Origin: a virus
Taxonomy: Duplodnaviria; Caudoviricetes
Direction: 5' to 3' (one strand)
IMG/VR virus record: IMGVR_UViG_3300044723_008164
Location: 1 to 24,095 of that record
Length of the DNA stretch: 24,095 bases
Made by a program: the position numbers and the translations under genes. Shown one piece after another: positions 1 to 9,873 of the stretch (position 1 is its first letter; each line of letters starts with the position of its first letter). The notes under the pieces were generated by a model, which saw nothing but the letters and a program-made list of their open reading frames with translations, had not been told where the DNA came from and searched no databases.

Positions 1-3000
1 GCAACCTATGGACAGGATAGAGCATTTCCACTAAGTGGTGGTACGATTGACTCTCCTTGGAAATCAATTAGATATGCATGTATGCAGGTCGAAAATGGTC
101 CAAGAAATCCTAACTCAAAAAGATTATTAGAATTAAACAGACAGTTCATTCAAAGAGAAGTTACAGAATGGATTGATTATCAGGTTAATTACTATACAAA
201 CACAGTTCCAACACCAGCAAGCATTTGGTACAACTTTACCTATGACGATGTAAAATGTGAAAGAGACACAGGATTTATCGTTGATGCGGTAATGTACGAT
301 ATCAGCCATGGCGGTAATATCAAAACAAGAGGTGCTGCAAACAGTTATGTTGGTGCGCTAAGTGAATCAGAAGTTGAAGCATATCCAAATCTAAGTGCAG
401 AAAAAGATCAAGACGTTGCTGCATTTGAATACATGAAAGAAGTTGTTCAGGCTGTTCTAAATAACACGGCACCTGCAACAAACTATCAGGACACTAACGG
501 CGATAACTCAACTGCAAAAGTTTCACAATATATTGATTTAAATTACACTGCTGAAACAGGTGTTTATACAACTATTGCTTCATTGGTAACAATAGTTCAG
601 AATGCATTAACAGATGGTGATGCTTCGAGAGTTCCAGCAAGATACGCTCCAACTAATCTTATTAAGGTTGGAACAGGACGCTATAATGAAACACTTCCTA
701 TCATAGTTCCTGAACAAACAGCGGTACTAGGCGATGAACTACGTTCGACAAATATTCGACCAAGTTCTGGATCAACCAACATCGAGGATGCAAAATATTC
801 TATCGGTGCTCTTGGTAGAATGGAAGCAATCATTGGTGATATCATCCTTGGTAATGACGTTACTGAAACAACTGGTAACACTGCAACTCAGAGCAGATCA
901 TTTCCATATGCTGATACAACACAAGTTACAGAAGTTACAAGATTAGTAAGAACAATTCAACATAATATTGACTTTAGACTAGGTACTCTTGCTCTAAATA
1001 ACAATACTGATCCTACTACCTATAACAGTTCATATCTTGCAGGATATGGCGATGCTAGAAAGAACATTAAAGAAAATAAAAAGTTCTTTCAAGAGCAAGT
1101 TAAGGCATACTTGGACACAAACTATTCAACAATAAAATATTCTAGAACAAAATGTAAGCAGGATGTTGGTTACATTGTTGATGCTCTTGTTTATGATTTA
1201 ACATACGGTGGTAACAAGGAATCAATCAATGCAGGACTTGCATATTTTGATGGTCCTGCCGGCCCACTTGCTATTGATTCTACGGAAAAAACAGCGACAC
1301 TTGCTGCTTACAACTATTTGAAAACTATTATGAGTACTGCTGCTAACAGCGGTACAGTAACAAGTAATCAAAACGTGGTAGCACAGTATGACAGCGGTAC
1401 TGCTGGAAGCGCAGCAGCAATTACGTTGATTGAAGATAATATGGATATTATCTACAACATCATTAACGGCGGTTCAACTTCAGCACCAAACATTACTGTA
1501 ACAGACATCACTGGAACAGATACTATGGTAACTGGTTCAGCACACGGATTAGGTGTTGGTGATTCATTCACACCAAGAAGTACAGCAAATGGTGTAACAT
1601 CTGGTGTTAAGTATTGGGTAACTGTTATTTCATCAAGCACAGAATTTAAAATTAGTGCTACACTAGGCGGATCAAATGTAACTCTTACAAACGGTTCGGG
1701 CTTATCAATTGTTGGTGACGTTGTTGATCATCCGTTGGCACAAAACGGTACTTCATCCACAACAACATTAATTGGTGCAGGTGAAGCGTTAGATGCACAA
1801 CAAGAAACATTGGTTACTGCAACAACAAATTATATTACAACAAACTATCCAAGTTTGTCATACAACAGTGCTAAGTGCGAAAGAGATACTAGATTAATTC
1901 TTGAAGCAGTTGCATTTGATGTTATGCTAGGCAGCAATTATCAAACACTAAAAGCGGCACATGCATATCTAAGATCAACAGCGAGTGATGTATATAATCT
2001 TAGCCAAAAGGCAGCAACGATAGCAGCGTTCCAAAATTTAGGTGATACTGTTTCTGGAGATGCAGCAACATACTTAAATGGTGTATCGTCTGCGGCTTCG
2101 ACTGTTGCTACATTGTTTAAATTATTAAATGATATAATTTACAGCGGTTCAGACGAAGGTACTAGATGTGCTGCTGAGAGTAGAAATACTCATCATGCAA
2201 TCCTACAGATTGAAAGAAACAGAGACTATATTGTTTCTGAAATTAATGCATACATCGCTGACACTTACTCCGATACTGTAACTGCTTCAGCGGCATCAGG
2301 AAATGTATTCACGATAAGTGATACATCATGGATGCAAAGAAATACTGCAATTAGATTTACAGGAACTACGTTTGGTGGAGTTGAAACAGCAGTTACATAC
2401 TATGTACAGGATGTGATTAGTGCGACTCAATTTACAGTAGCGACAACTAGATATGCTACTACAGCAACAACACTTACAAACGCATCAGGCTCAATGGGTG
2501 TTGCTATGTATTACAGCACAACACTTTGCCAAAGAGATGTTAATGAATATCTAAATGCTCTTAAATGGGATTTATACTACACAGCAAACTATAAATCACT
2601 TTATGCAGCAAGATACTATGCTAATGCCGTAACAGGTTCATTAGAATCAGACATGTTCTATCTAAGAGATGCTACAGGCTTAAGAGATTGTACTCTAGAA
2701 GGACTAACTGGAGATTTATTAGCAGCAAACACATACGGAACTTCAAGAGTTTCAGCAGGTGCTTATGCTTCACTTGATCCAGGTTGGGGACCAGAAGACT
2801 ACAGAGCATGGATTATTACACGTTCTCCATACATTCAAGGTGTTACCACAATCGGTACCGCTTGTGTTGGTCAAAAAATTGATGGAGCATTACATAATGG
2901 TGGTAATGACTCAATGGTGTCAAATGACTTTACTCAGGTATTGAGTGATGGTATTGGTGCTTGGGTTACTAACAATGGTAGAGCGGAACTAGTTTCAGTA

Positions 3001-5910
3001 TTCACATACTATAACCACATTGGTTATCTAGCAGAAGCAGGTGGTAGAATACGTGGTACTAACGGTAACTGTTCATACGGTGACTTTGGTGCTGTTGCAG
3101 AAGGAGTTGATGCTTCTGAAACACCAAATAGTGCTGTTATAGATAACATCTTCCAATACAAGGCAACAGTTGGATCAGTTCAAACAAATGACAGTAAGAT
3201 ATTCCAGTTTGAATACTTAAACGCTGGTATAGATTACACAACAGCGACATGGACCGTAACAGGTGGTGGTATTAACGCTGAGGTTGAACAGGATGACATC
3301 CGTGATGATGCCGTGCATAGCGTAAGATTATTAGATCTTGGTGATGATTCTTCAGGACAGTTTGGTGGAGAAGGTTATTTAACTAAAACTGGTACTGCAC
3401 AGAATGGTACAACAACTTCAATAACACTTTCAGCAACTGACGATCAATTGACAGGTGCATACGTTGGTATGAAAGTTATCATAACTGGCGGAGCAGGTGC
3501 AGGACAATACGCTATTGTTTCAGCATACAATGCTGGTAGCAAGATAGCAAGTGTTGAAAGAGAATCAGACGGAGTAGCGGGTTGGGATCACATGGAAGGC
3601 GCATTTGATATTGTGGCACCAGATGGATCCAGTGTTTATATACTTGAACCTGCTATAAGTTTCACAGCACCGACTACGAGTTCGACAACATACACAAACT
3701 TACCAGCAAGTGCTGTATGGACTGATGTTGTTTATGGTGACACTACTGGAGTATATACTCCAAGTTACACATATGGCGGAAGCGGAACTTCTGCATCGTT
3801 CTCTGTTGTTAGAAACGGTACAAAATATTCAGTTTCAGTTGCAGCAGCAGGTACTGGTTACACAAGACTAGAAACAATTACTATTCCAGGAACACAACTT
3901 GGTGGTACTTCAACAGATAATGATTTAACACTAACAATTACAGCAATCAATGCCAGCGGCGGAATTCTTGATGTAGATCAAGTAGGATATGGCGCAGGTG
4001 GAGTTTATGTTGCTGTTGCTTCAGGAAGCGATCAGACAGCATACAGTTCAAACGGAACAACATGGACACTGGCATCACTTCCAAGTTCAGGAACATGGAC
4101 AGCAATTGCACACGGACTAGTTGATGATGGTTCAACAATTGCTAAAGTATCAAGATTTGTTGCAGTTAAAAGCGGAAGCTCAGCAGCAGCGTACTCCGAT
4201 GACGGTGGCGCTACTTGGACTGCAACTACATTGCCAGCAAGTGCTGCATGGTCTTCAATTACATATGGTGAAGGAAGATGGGTAGCAATTGCAAGTGATA
4301 GTACAACCGTTGCAATCACACAGGACGGCGAAGTTTGGGATATTCAAGGAACACTACAAAGCACAGGTTTCGTTGATATTGCATATGGTAAAGGACTGTT
4401 TGTTGCAGTTAAACCAGGTGCATCAACAGGAGCAGTTAATAAGAGTACTGATGGTGTTACATGGACGGCACAAGATCTTGGAACTTCCGCAACTTGGAAC
4501 AGCGTTGGATACGGTAAGAACACATTCGTTATAGTTGCTACCGATTCCAATAGTGGTTACGCAAGTGCTGATGCAGCAGATTGGAACTCCGTAACTATTG
4601 GTTCTCCAGACGGTTCAACAACTGCTGGATATCAAAATGTTAGATATGGACAGGGTGTATTCCTTGTAACTGCATATCAATCAGGCGTACAAGATTACAG
4701 TTACGTTGCTAAATCAGAAAATGGTATTTACTGGACCATAGAAGGTATTGCTGGACCTGCAAACGGTATCAGCGGACACAATGCACTGGCATTTGGTAAT
4801 CCAGACAGAACAGGACAGTGGGTACTTCTTGAAAAAGATAGTGGTAACATTAATGCAAATGTTAAAACTGGTTGTACAGCAAGAGCTAGATCATTCATTG
4901 CATCAGGCAAGATATTTGCAATTAGAATCACTGATCCAGGATCAGGTTACACATCAACACCAACTATGACTGTTGTTGATCCTAACAATCTTTATGATCC
5001 ACCACATACCGTAAGAACAGGAAGCGGTGTATTGGCACAACCTTCGTTTAAAAACAGAGGAGTACAATACACAACAGGTTCTGCAGAAATTAATACAGGA
5101 GACGGTTATGCAGACTTCTATCAAAACACTGCATTCGTTGCTGTAAGAAGAATTACATCAGCACCTGTAGCAGGATCAAACGTTGTGTTTAGTCACTTAC
5201 CATCTAGCGTGTTTAAACTGGTTAGTGTTCTTACACTAAGGGGAAGCAATGACGGTTCTTACACTGCATTCTTCCAAGTCAGTCCTGAATTTACAATTGC
5301 ACAATCACCTGAACATTTAACAGGTGTAACAACTAGAATTAGATATTCTCAGGTGCGTTTAACAGGACATGACTTCCTAGATATTGGTACTGGTAACTTA
5401 ACAGAAACCAACTACCCAGGAACACCTACACAGGATCCAATACCTGCAAATGAAACCGCTGAAAATAACGGTGGTAGGGTATTCTTTACATCAACAGACC
5501 AAGACGGTAACTTTAGAGTTGGTGACTTGTTCAGTGTTGAACAGAGTACTGGTGTTGCTACCTTGAATGCTGATGCATTTAATATTTCTGGACTACAAGA
5601 AATTAGTTTGGGAGAGGTAACACTTGGCGGTGGTTCTGCAACAATTACGGAATTCTCAACAGATCCGTTCTTTACAGCAGATTCAGATAGCATTATTCCT
5701 ACGCAACGTGCTATCAAGGCTTACATTGCTTCACAAATTGGTGGTGGTGGTGCTAGCCTTAACGTAAATAGCGTTACAGCAGGTTCGATAGTTATTAATA
5801 GTAACCAGATTACTACGACAGGCGTCGGATCGATAAAAATGAATGCTAGATTCTACTTCACTGGCGGAGTCACTGGAGCACCACTAGCATTTAACTACTT
5901 TTTAGTATAA
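1..5910 (+). CDS. Giant modular virion structural / tail-fibre-like protein (5'-truncated, at least 1969 aa)
   Basis: Frame is open from base 1 (ATYGQDRAFPLSGGTIDSPWKSIRYAC M...), so the true start lies upstream. Thr/Gly/Ser/Ala-rich. Contains 4 helical C-x-[RQ]-D repeats, two small beta inserts, a probable beta-helix segment, Asp-box (S-x-[DN]-G-x-x-W) repeats at ~4040-4740, and a C-terminal SQVRLTGHDFLDIGTG...GGRVFFTSTDQDGNFRVG...PTQRAIKAYI region like those in large structural proteins of T4-like marine phages. Confidence 0.8.
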   Translation, partial: ATYGQDRAFPLSGGTIDSPWKSIRYACMQVENGPRNPNSKRLLELNRQFIQREVTEWIDYQVNYYTNTVPTPASIWYNFTYDDVKCERDTGFIVDAVMYDISHGGNIKTRGAANSYVGALSESEVEAYPNLSAEKDQDVAAFEYMKEVVQAVLNNTAPATNYQDTNGDNSTAKVSQYIDLNYTAETGVYTTIASLVTIVQNALTDGDASRVPARYAPTNLIKVGTGRYNETLPIIVPEQTAVLGDELRSTNIRPSSGSTNIEDAKYSIGALGRMEAIIGDIILGNDVTETTGNTATQSRSFPYADTTQVTEVTRLVRTIQHNIDFRLGTLALNNNTDPTTYNSSYLAGYGDARKNIKENKKFFQEQVKAYLDTNYSTIKYSRTKCKQDVGYIVDALVYDLTYGGNKESINAGLAYFDGPAGPLAIDSTEKTATLAAYNYLKTIMSTAANSGTVTSNQNVVAQYDSGTAGSAAAITLIEDNMDIIYNIINGGSTSAPNITVTDITGTDTMVTGSAHGLGVGDSFTPRSTANGVTSGVKYWVTVISSSTEFKISATLGGSNVTLTNGSGLSIVGDVVDHPLAQNGTSSTTTLIGAGEALDAQQETLVTATTNYITTNYPSLSYNSAKCERDTRLILEAVAFDVMLGSNYQTLKAAHAYLRSTASDVYNLSQKAATIAAFQNLGDTVSGDAATYLNGVSSAASTVATLFKLLNDIIYSGSDEGTRCAAESRNTHHAILQIERNRDYIVSEINAYIADTYSDTVTASAASGNVFTISDTSWMQRNTAIRFTGTTFGGVETAVTYYVQDVISATQFTVATTRYATTATTLTNASGSMGVAMYYSTTLCQRDVNEYLNALKWDLYYTANYKSLYAARYYANAVTGSLESDMFYLRDATGLRDCTLEGLTGDLLAANTYGTSRVSAGAYASLDPGWGPEDYRAWIITRSPYIQGVTTIGTACVGQKIDGALHNGGNDSMVSNDFTQVLSDGIGAWVTNNGRAELVSVFTYYNHIGYLAEAGGRIRGTNGNCSYGDFGAVAEGVDASETPNSAVIDNIFQYKATVGSVQTNDSKIFQFEYLNAGIDYTTATWTVTGGGINAEVEQDDIRDDAVHSVRLLDLGDDSSGQFGGEGYLTKTGTAQNGTTTSITLSATDDQLTGAYVGMKVIITGGAGAGQYAIVSAYNAGSKIASVERESDGVAGWDHMEGAFDIVAPDGSSVYILEPAISFTAPTTSSTTYTNLPASAVWTDVVYGDTTGVYTPSYTYGGSGTSASFSVVRNGTKYSVSVAAAGTGYTRLETITIPGTQLGGTSTDNDLTLTITAINASGGILDVDQVGYGAGGVYVAVASGSDQTAYSSNGTTWTLASLPSSGTWTAIAHGLVDDGSTIAKVSRFVAVKSGSSAAAYSDDGGATWTATTLPASAAWSSITYGEGRWVAIASDSTTVAITQDGEVWDIQGTLQSTGFVDIAYGKGLFVAVKPGASTGAVNKSTDGVTWTAQDLGTSATWNSVGYGKNTFVIVATDSNSGYASADAADWNSVTIGSPDGSTTAGYQNVRYGQGVFLVTAYQSGVQDYSYVAKSENGIYWTIEGIAGPANGISGHNALAFGNPDRTGQWVLLEKDSGNINANVKTGCTARARSFIASGKIFAIRITDPGSGYTSTPTMTVVDPNNLYDPPHTVRTGSGVLAQPSFKNRGVQYTTGSAEINTGDGYADFYQNTAFVAVRRITSAPVAGSNVVFSHLPSSVFKLVSVLTLRGSNDGSYTAFFQVSPEFTIAQSPEHLTGVTTRIRYSQVRLTGHDFLDIGTGNLTETNYPGTPTQDPIPANETAENNGGRVFFTSTDQDGNFRVGDLFSVEQSTGVATLNADAFNISGLQEISLGEVTLGGGSATITEFSTDPFFTADSDSIIPTQRAIKAYIASQIGGGGASLNVNSVTAGSIVINSNQITTTGVGSIKMNARFYFTGGVTGAPLAFNYFLV

Positions 5911-5931
5911 CAAATATGGAGGAAAACTAAA

Positions 5932-6252
5932 ATGGCAACAGGAAGACTAGGAACAGCAAACTTGTCGGCAACGACCAACACTGTTCTATATACCTGCCCA
6001 GCGAGCACATTTGCAGTTGCTTCTGTGAGTCTTTGTAACAGAAATGCTACATCGATCACTGTAAGAATTGCAGTAACTTCTGCGGCAAGTCCAGCAAGCG
6101 ATGAATACCTTGAATATGATACTACACTATTAGCAAATGGTGTTTTAGAAAGAACGGGTCTTGTATTAGATGCTGCAAAAAACATTGTTGTTTATTCAAG
6201 CTCAGCAAACGTAAGTGCTGTAGCAATGGGTATTGAAACATCAACTGCATAA
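5932..6252 (+). CDS. Small beta-rich phage structural/fibre-associated protein (106 aa)
   Basis: GGAGG RBS upstream; beta-strand-rich sequence (TVLYTCPASTFAVASVSLCNR); lies between structural genes. Confidence 0.6.
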   Translation: MATGRLGTANLSATTNTVLYTCPASTFAVASVSLCNRNATSITVRIAVTSAASPASDEYLEYDTTLLANGVLERTGLVLDAAKNIVVYSSSANVSAVAMGIETSTA

Positions 6253-6264
6253 GGAAATTAGATA

Positions 6265-6966
6265 ATGCCACGTAAAATTTCAGTAGGTACAGCCGGAGGT
6301 TACACACTAGGTGATGTAAGTCTTGTAGGTCCTGAATTAGGATCAGCAAGAGCAAATCAAAATTTAGTGTTGGATGCCAATGGTACTGGAGATATTACAA
6401 CCAGTGCTCAGTTAAGAGTAACCGGCGGTAATGCTTCATCAAGTTCAATCACAGGAGACATGATTGTGTCGGGTGGTGTTGGACTTGGAGGAAATTTATA
6501 TGTGGGAGGTTCAGTAAACTTAGGTGGTGGATCAGGTTTTAACGGTACTGCTATTGGAGGAACTTCAACAGGAGTATTTACGGCTCTAACAACAACCGCA
6601 ACTAGTACATTGGCAGAAACGACTGAGATTACAAACGCAAAAATATCAAGTGTGGGAATCATTACACATGATTTCACTGAAGGTAACACCTGGGTACATA
6701 GCATTATTTCTGGAAATTTTACAGCAAATTTTACAAATGTGCCAACTACTAACAATAGACAATATACAATGAACCTTGTTTTATTACAAGGAGCCACTCC
6801 ATATTTGGCAAATGGTGTTCAGATTGATGGCGTTACACAAACTATTAGATGGGCTGCTTATGGTGCTCCGACACCCAATGCGAATAGGTACGAGGAAGTA
6901 ACTTTCTTATTAGTAAGAGTTGCATCTAGTTGGGAAGTTTTTGGATCATTGGCAACACATGGATAA
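6265..6966 (+). CDS. Short fibre-like structural protein, paralog 1
   Basis: AAGGA RBS. Contains a 'NLVLDANGTGDI' motif, a G-x-L-x-V-x-GGVG-x-GG-x-LYVGG shaft repeat, and a ~100-aa C-terminal domain highly similar to that of the next gene. Confidence 0.65.
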   Translation: MPRKISVGTAGGYTLGDVSLVGPELGSARANQNLVLDANGTGDITTSAQLRVTGGNASSSSITGDMIVSGGVGLGGNLYVGGSVNLGGGSGFNGTAIGGTSTGVFTALTTTATSTLAETTEITNAKISSVGIITHDFTEGNTWVHSIISGNFTANFTNVPTTNNRQYTMNLVLLQGATPYLANGVQIDGVTQTIRWAAYGAPTPNANRYEEVTFLLVRVASSWEVFGSLATHG

Positions 6967-6968
6967 AC

Positions 6969-6975
6969 ATAAATA
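6969..6975 (+). promoter_or_regulatory. T4-late-like promoter core ATAAATA
   Basis: cATAAATA is intergenic, followed by a GAGG RBS and ATG at 6995. Confidence 0.55.
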
Positions 6976-6994
6976 CGTGTAGAGGAACATAAAA

Positions 6995-7687
6995 ATGGGA
7001 AGAAGAGTATTAAATAGTCAAGGTGCAGTTGCTGGAACGTTAAGTATTACCGGTAACACCATCGCAACAACTGAAACTAATGCTGATCTAGTTTTAAACC
7101 CTAATGGTACGGGTGATGTAACTACAGCAGATCAAGTAAGAGTTACAAATTCAACAGCAAGTACAAATGCTACTAGTGGTGCATTAATCATTACTGGCGG
7201 TATGGGAGTTGCCGGAGACCTCTACCTCAGTGGCGCCCTTAACGGTGGAACACTTGATAATCTTACCATTGGTTCAGTTACTCCTGCAGCAGGCACATTT
7301 TCTTCATTAACGGTGAATGGCCTAGCAACATTTTCAGAATTTGCTGAAGTTGTTGCTACTAAAACAGGTGCAACGGGTGTAATAACACACGATTTTACAG
7401 AGTCAAACATTTGGTATCATAGTTCAATGAGTGCAAACTTTACAATGAACTTAACCAATGTTCCAACCACTGACAACAGAACAATAACTGTAGCATTGGT
7501 ACTGATCCAAGGTGGTACTGCAAGGTATGCAAGTGCATTTCAAATAGATGGAGTTTCTCAAACTATTAGATGGGCTGCCTACAATGCACCGTCACCACAG
7601 GCAAACAGATACGAAATTCAAACATTTAAACTTGTTAGATCTGGAGGAAGTTGGACGGTATTTGGATCACTAGCATCATACGGATAG
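6995..7687 (+). CDS. Short fibre-like structural protein, paralog 2
   Basis: Same architecture as 6265-6966 (DLVLNPNGTGDV; GALIITGGMGVAGDLYLSG; HDFTE...NFT.N.TNVPTT.NR...QIDGV.QTIRWAAY.AP.P.ANRYE...VFGSLA..G). Confidence 0.65.
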   Translation: MGRRVLNSQGAVAGTLSITGNTIATTETNADLVLNPNGTGDVTTADQVRVTNSTASTNATSGALIITGGMGVAGDLYLSGALNGGTLDNLTIGSVTPAAGTFSSLTVNGLATFSEFAEVVATKTGATGVITHDFTESNIWYHSSMSANFTMNLTNVPTTDNRTITVALVLIQGGTARYASAFQIDGVSQTIRWAAYNAPSPQANRYEIQTFKLVRSGGSWTVFGSLASYG

Positions 7688-7698
7688 GGAGATAATTA

Positions 7699-8913
7699 AT
7701 GCCTAGTTTTAAGAAAGTTTCAGCAGCGGATTTAGGAAAATACTTTCCAAACACCCCTCCGACATTTACTGGAGGTGCTCCGGCAGATGGTGGCAGTTCA
7801 AACATTACTGCTGACGGCTCATTTACGAGTGTCTTTGATGCTGATTCGATCGATGCCCTAAACAGGGGAGCGATTGTCTTTAGTTCAAGCGGATCTTTAC
7901 CTCCTGGATTTGCATTTAACGCATCCACTGGAGTATTGAGTGGAACATATACCCTACAAGGACTTAATATATCCGGTGCAAACTATAATTTTAACATTAC
8001 AGCAACGGAAGGCAATCCACAATTACCTATTAAACAATCAGTTACACGTTCATTTACTCTAGTATTGAATGTTCCTTGGAAATACAGACAGGTAGTTTCA
8101 ACTGGTTACATGGCAGGCGGATATCAAAATTCATCACTGTGGAGCAACGTTAATAGGGTTGTCCATAGCACTGACACAACTACCAACCTAGGTGATGGTA
8201 GAGTTCAGAACTATCACTACAAGTCAGGTGCAACTACTCTTGATAGAATTCACATCTGGAATGGTGGTTTCGTAACAGCATTTAACATGCGTACGGAATC
8301 AAGACAGGACAGAGGTTCAATTAACTTTAACGGTGGTAACACTGGTACGGTATGGGAACCAGATAGAGATTTTGCATGGGTAAATGGAGAAGGATCTGGA
8401 CAGTGGAGACGCTGGCAGTTTTCAAATGAATCCATTACATCAAACAGAGGCAGCGGATTTAACTCGCACATGGGTTCTATCTCGGGAGAGGACAGAGGCA
8501 TAGGTTGGGACAACGGTGGATACACTCAGAGATTCCTATTCTCAACGGAGAGTGCAGCAAATGCTGGATCAAGTGCAGGCGCACACGGTCAGCAGAAGGG
8601 ACTAAGTTCCAAGAATGATAAGGGCTACGGTGGTAACCAGGGTTCATATAACGGTGGTAACCAATTCCGTGTAACGAATACGGCCAACGAAGGAAGAATA
8701 ACAATTGTTGGTAAGCCATTCGGTAACATGGGCGAGGAAAACTATGGACATGGCCAGGACAAGGGTTATTGTATTGGAACATATGATGGAAGCCAAAACA
8801 ATAGATCATTTATCCTTACATATTCGACCAACTCAGGATTTGAAACGGGTGGTACAACACAACCAAAAGGACACGGTGGCTGTAGTTCAGGACATATGGG
8901 GTTCCGTAACTAG
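7699..8913 (+). CDS. Putative Ig-like (He_PIG-type) domain plus Gly/Asn-rich Kelch/propeller-like repeat protein, probable virion adhesin
   Basis: SSGSLPPGFAFNASTGVLSGT...YNFNITAT fits the putative-Ig pattern. The C-terminal part has repeated G-Y-x-x-GG-[YN] blades (GYMAGGY, GYGGNQGSY, GYCIGTY). Confidence 0.6.
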   Translation: MPSFKKVSAADLGKYFPNTPPTFTGGAPADGGSSNITADGSFTSVFDADSIDALNRGAIVFSSSGSLPPGFAFNASTGVLSGTYTLQGLNISGANYNFNITATEGNPQLPIKQSVTRSFTLVLNVPWKYRQVVSTGYMAGGYQNSSLWSNVNRVVHSTDTTTNLGDGRVQNYHYKSGATTLDRIHIWNGGFVTAFNMRTESRQDRGSINFNGGNTGTVWEPDRDFAWVNGEGSGQWRRWQFSNESITSNRGSGFNSHMGSISGEDRGIGWDNGGYTQRFLFSTESAANAGSSAGAHGQQKGLSSKNDKGYGGNQGSYNGGNQFRVTNTANEGRITIVGKPFGNMGEENYGHGQDKGYCIGTYDGSQNNRSFILTYSTNSGFETGGTTQPKGHGGCSSGHMGFRN

Positions 8914-8917
8914 TGTT

Positions 8918-8925
8918 TATAAATA
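8918..8925 (+). promoter_or_regulatory. T4 late promoter consensus TATAAATA
   Basis: Exact TATAAATA in the intergenic gap, followed by GGAGG (8934-8938) and ATG 8949. Confidence 0.7.
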
Positions 8926-8948
8926 ATAGGCACGGAGGATAATAATTT

Positions 8949-9866
8949 ATGTCTAATGAAATCAGAGAACAGGATAATAAAAAAGCATTAAGTGCTTGGG
9001 ATTCTGTCAATCTTTATGAAAAATACGAAAAGAAAGAATGGAAAACCCCTGTTAATTCAAAGTTTCTAGAAAAACTAGATGAAGAAGGCAAGGATATTGT
9101 AGATTTCTGTTTGAACAAGGTCGTTCATAATCCAAAATTTAAAATGCAGTTTTTTCAAGGAGAAGATCAACTAACTCCTTTTCACAAACTAAAACAATTT
9201 TTACTTGAATTAAAAAGTTTAGAAGAATCCATTGAAGAGTTTGAATGGACTGAAAAAAAATTAACACTTGAAAAAGAAATTGCTGAAGCAAAGATGGCAG
9301 CAACTAACGATCCCATTGAGAAAAAGGAACAGGAATTAGTTATTGTTGAATCAGAGAAAAATATAAGAGGTTTTACTCGTCGAGCAGCACAGCACTATAT
9401 CGAAAGAGAACACTATGTTAATCTCATCAAGGAATATCTAGAAAGTCCAGAAGGAAAAACTCCAGATGGCAAATCTTTAATGACAGTCTTTAATACTCCG
9501 TTGGAAGAAGTTTATGAAAAAGAATATTGGACCATTAGGTTAGCCAAGCAGGCAGCAATGGATATGCTTTCTCACAACAGTATTGGAACTGGTAACATGA
9601 GTGCAATTACAGTGTTGTCACAAGGACAACAGAATGAAATTTTTTCAATTGCGCATAGATATGTTCTAGAAATGCGTGAGCACCAAGAAGTTATCAAATT
9701 AGATCAGGCAAAACAATTAGGTATTGAGGATCCTAATAAACCGCAAATTACCGTGGAAACAAAGGATACTCTTATAGCAGCATTAGAACAAGCAAAAAAC
9801 AACGGTCCTAAAAAGGATCAAAATGAAAAAAGCCTTCAGGCTGCATTGAACGGCGTAAAGGAGTAA
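8949..9866 (+). CDS. Coiled-coil phage hypothetical protein (305 aa)
   Basis: Strong RBS; E/K-rich heptad region; motifs PFHKLKQFLLEL and YWTIRLAKQAAMDML..IGTGNM. Function unknown. Confidence 0.6.
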   Translation: MSNEIREQDNKKALSAWDSVNLYEKYEKKEWKTPVNSKFLEKLDEEGKDIVDFCLNKVVHNPKFKMQFFQGEDQLTPFHKLKQFLLELKSLEESIEEFEWTEKKLTLEKEIAEAKMAATNDPIEKKEQELVIVESEKNIRGFTRRAAQHYIEREHYVNLIKEYLESPEGKTPDGKSLMTVFNTPLEEVYEKEYWTIRLAKQAAMDMLSHNSIGTGNMSAITVLSQGQQNEIFSIAHRYVLEMREHQEVIKLDQAKQLGIEDPNKPQITVETKDTLIAALEQAKNNGPKKDQNEKSLQAALNGVKE

Positions 9867-9873
9867 TGGTTAG

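Noticed and set aside
6265-7687. Possible diversity-generating retroelement TR/VR pair
   Set aside because: Both copies are full genes, differences are not adenine-restricted, and no reverse transcriptase is in the window.
681-8926. Many 60-130 aa antisense and alternate-frame ORFs over the structural genes
   Set aside because: Fully nested in long coding genes, with no RBS or motifs; expected shadows of biased codon usage.
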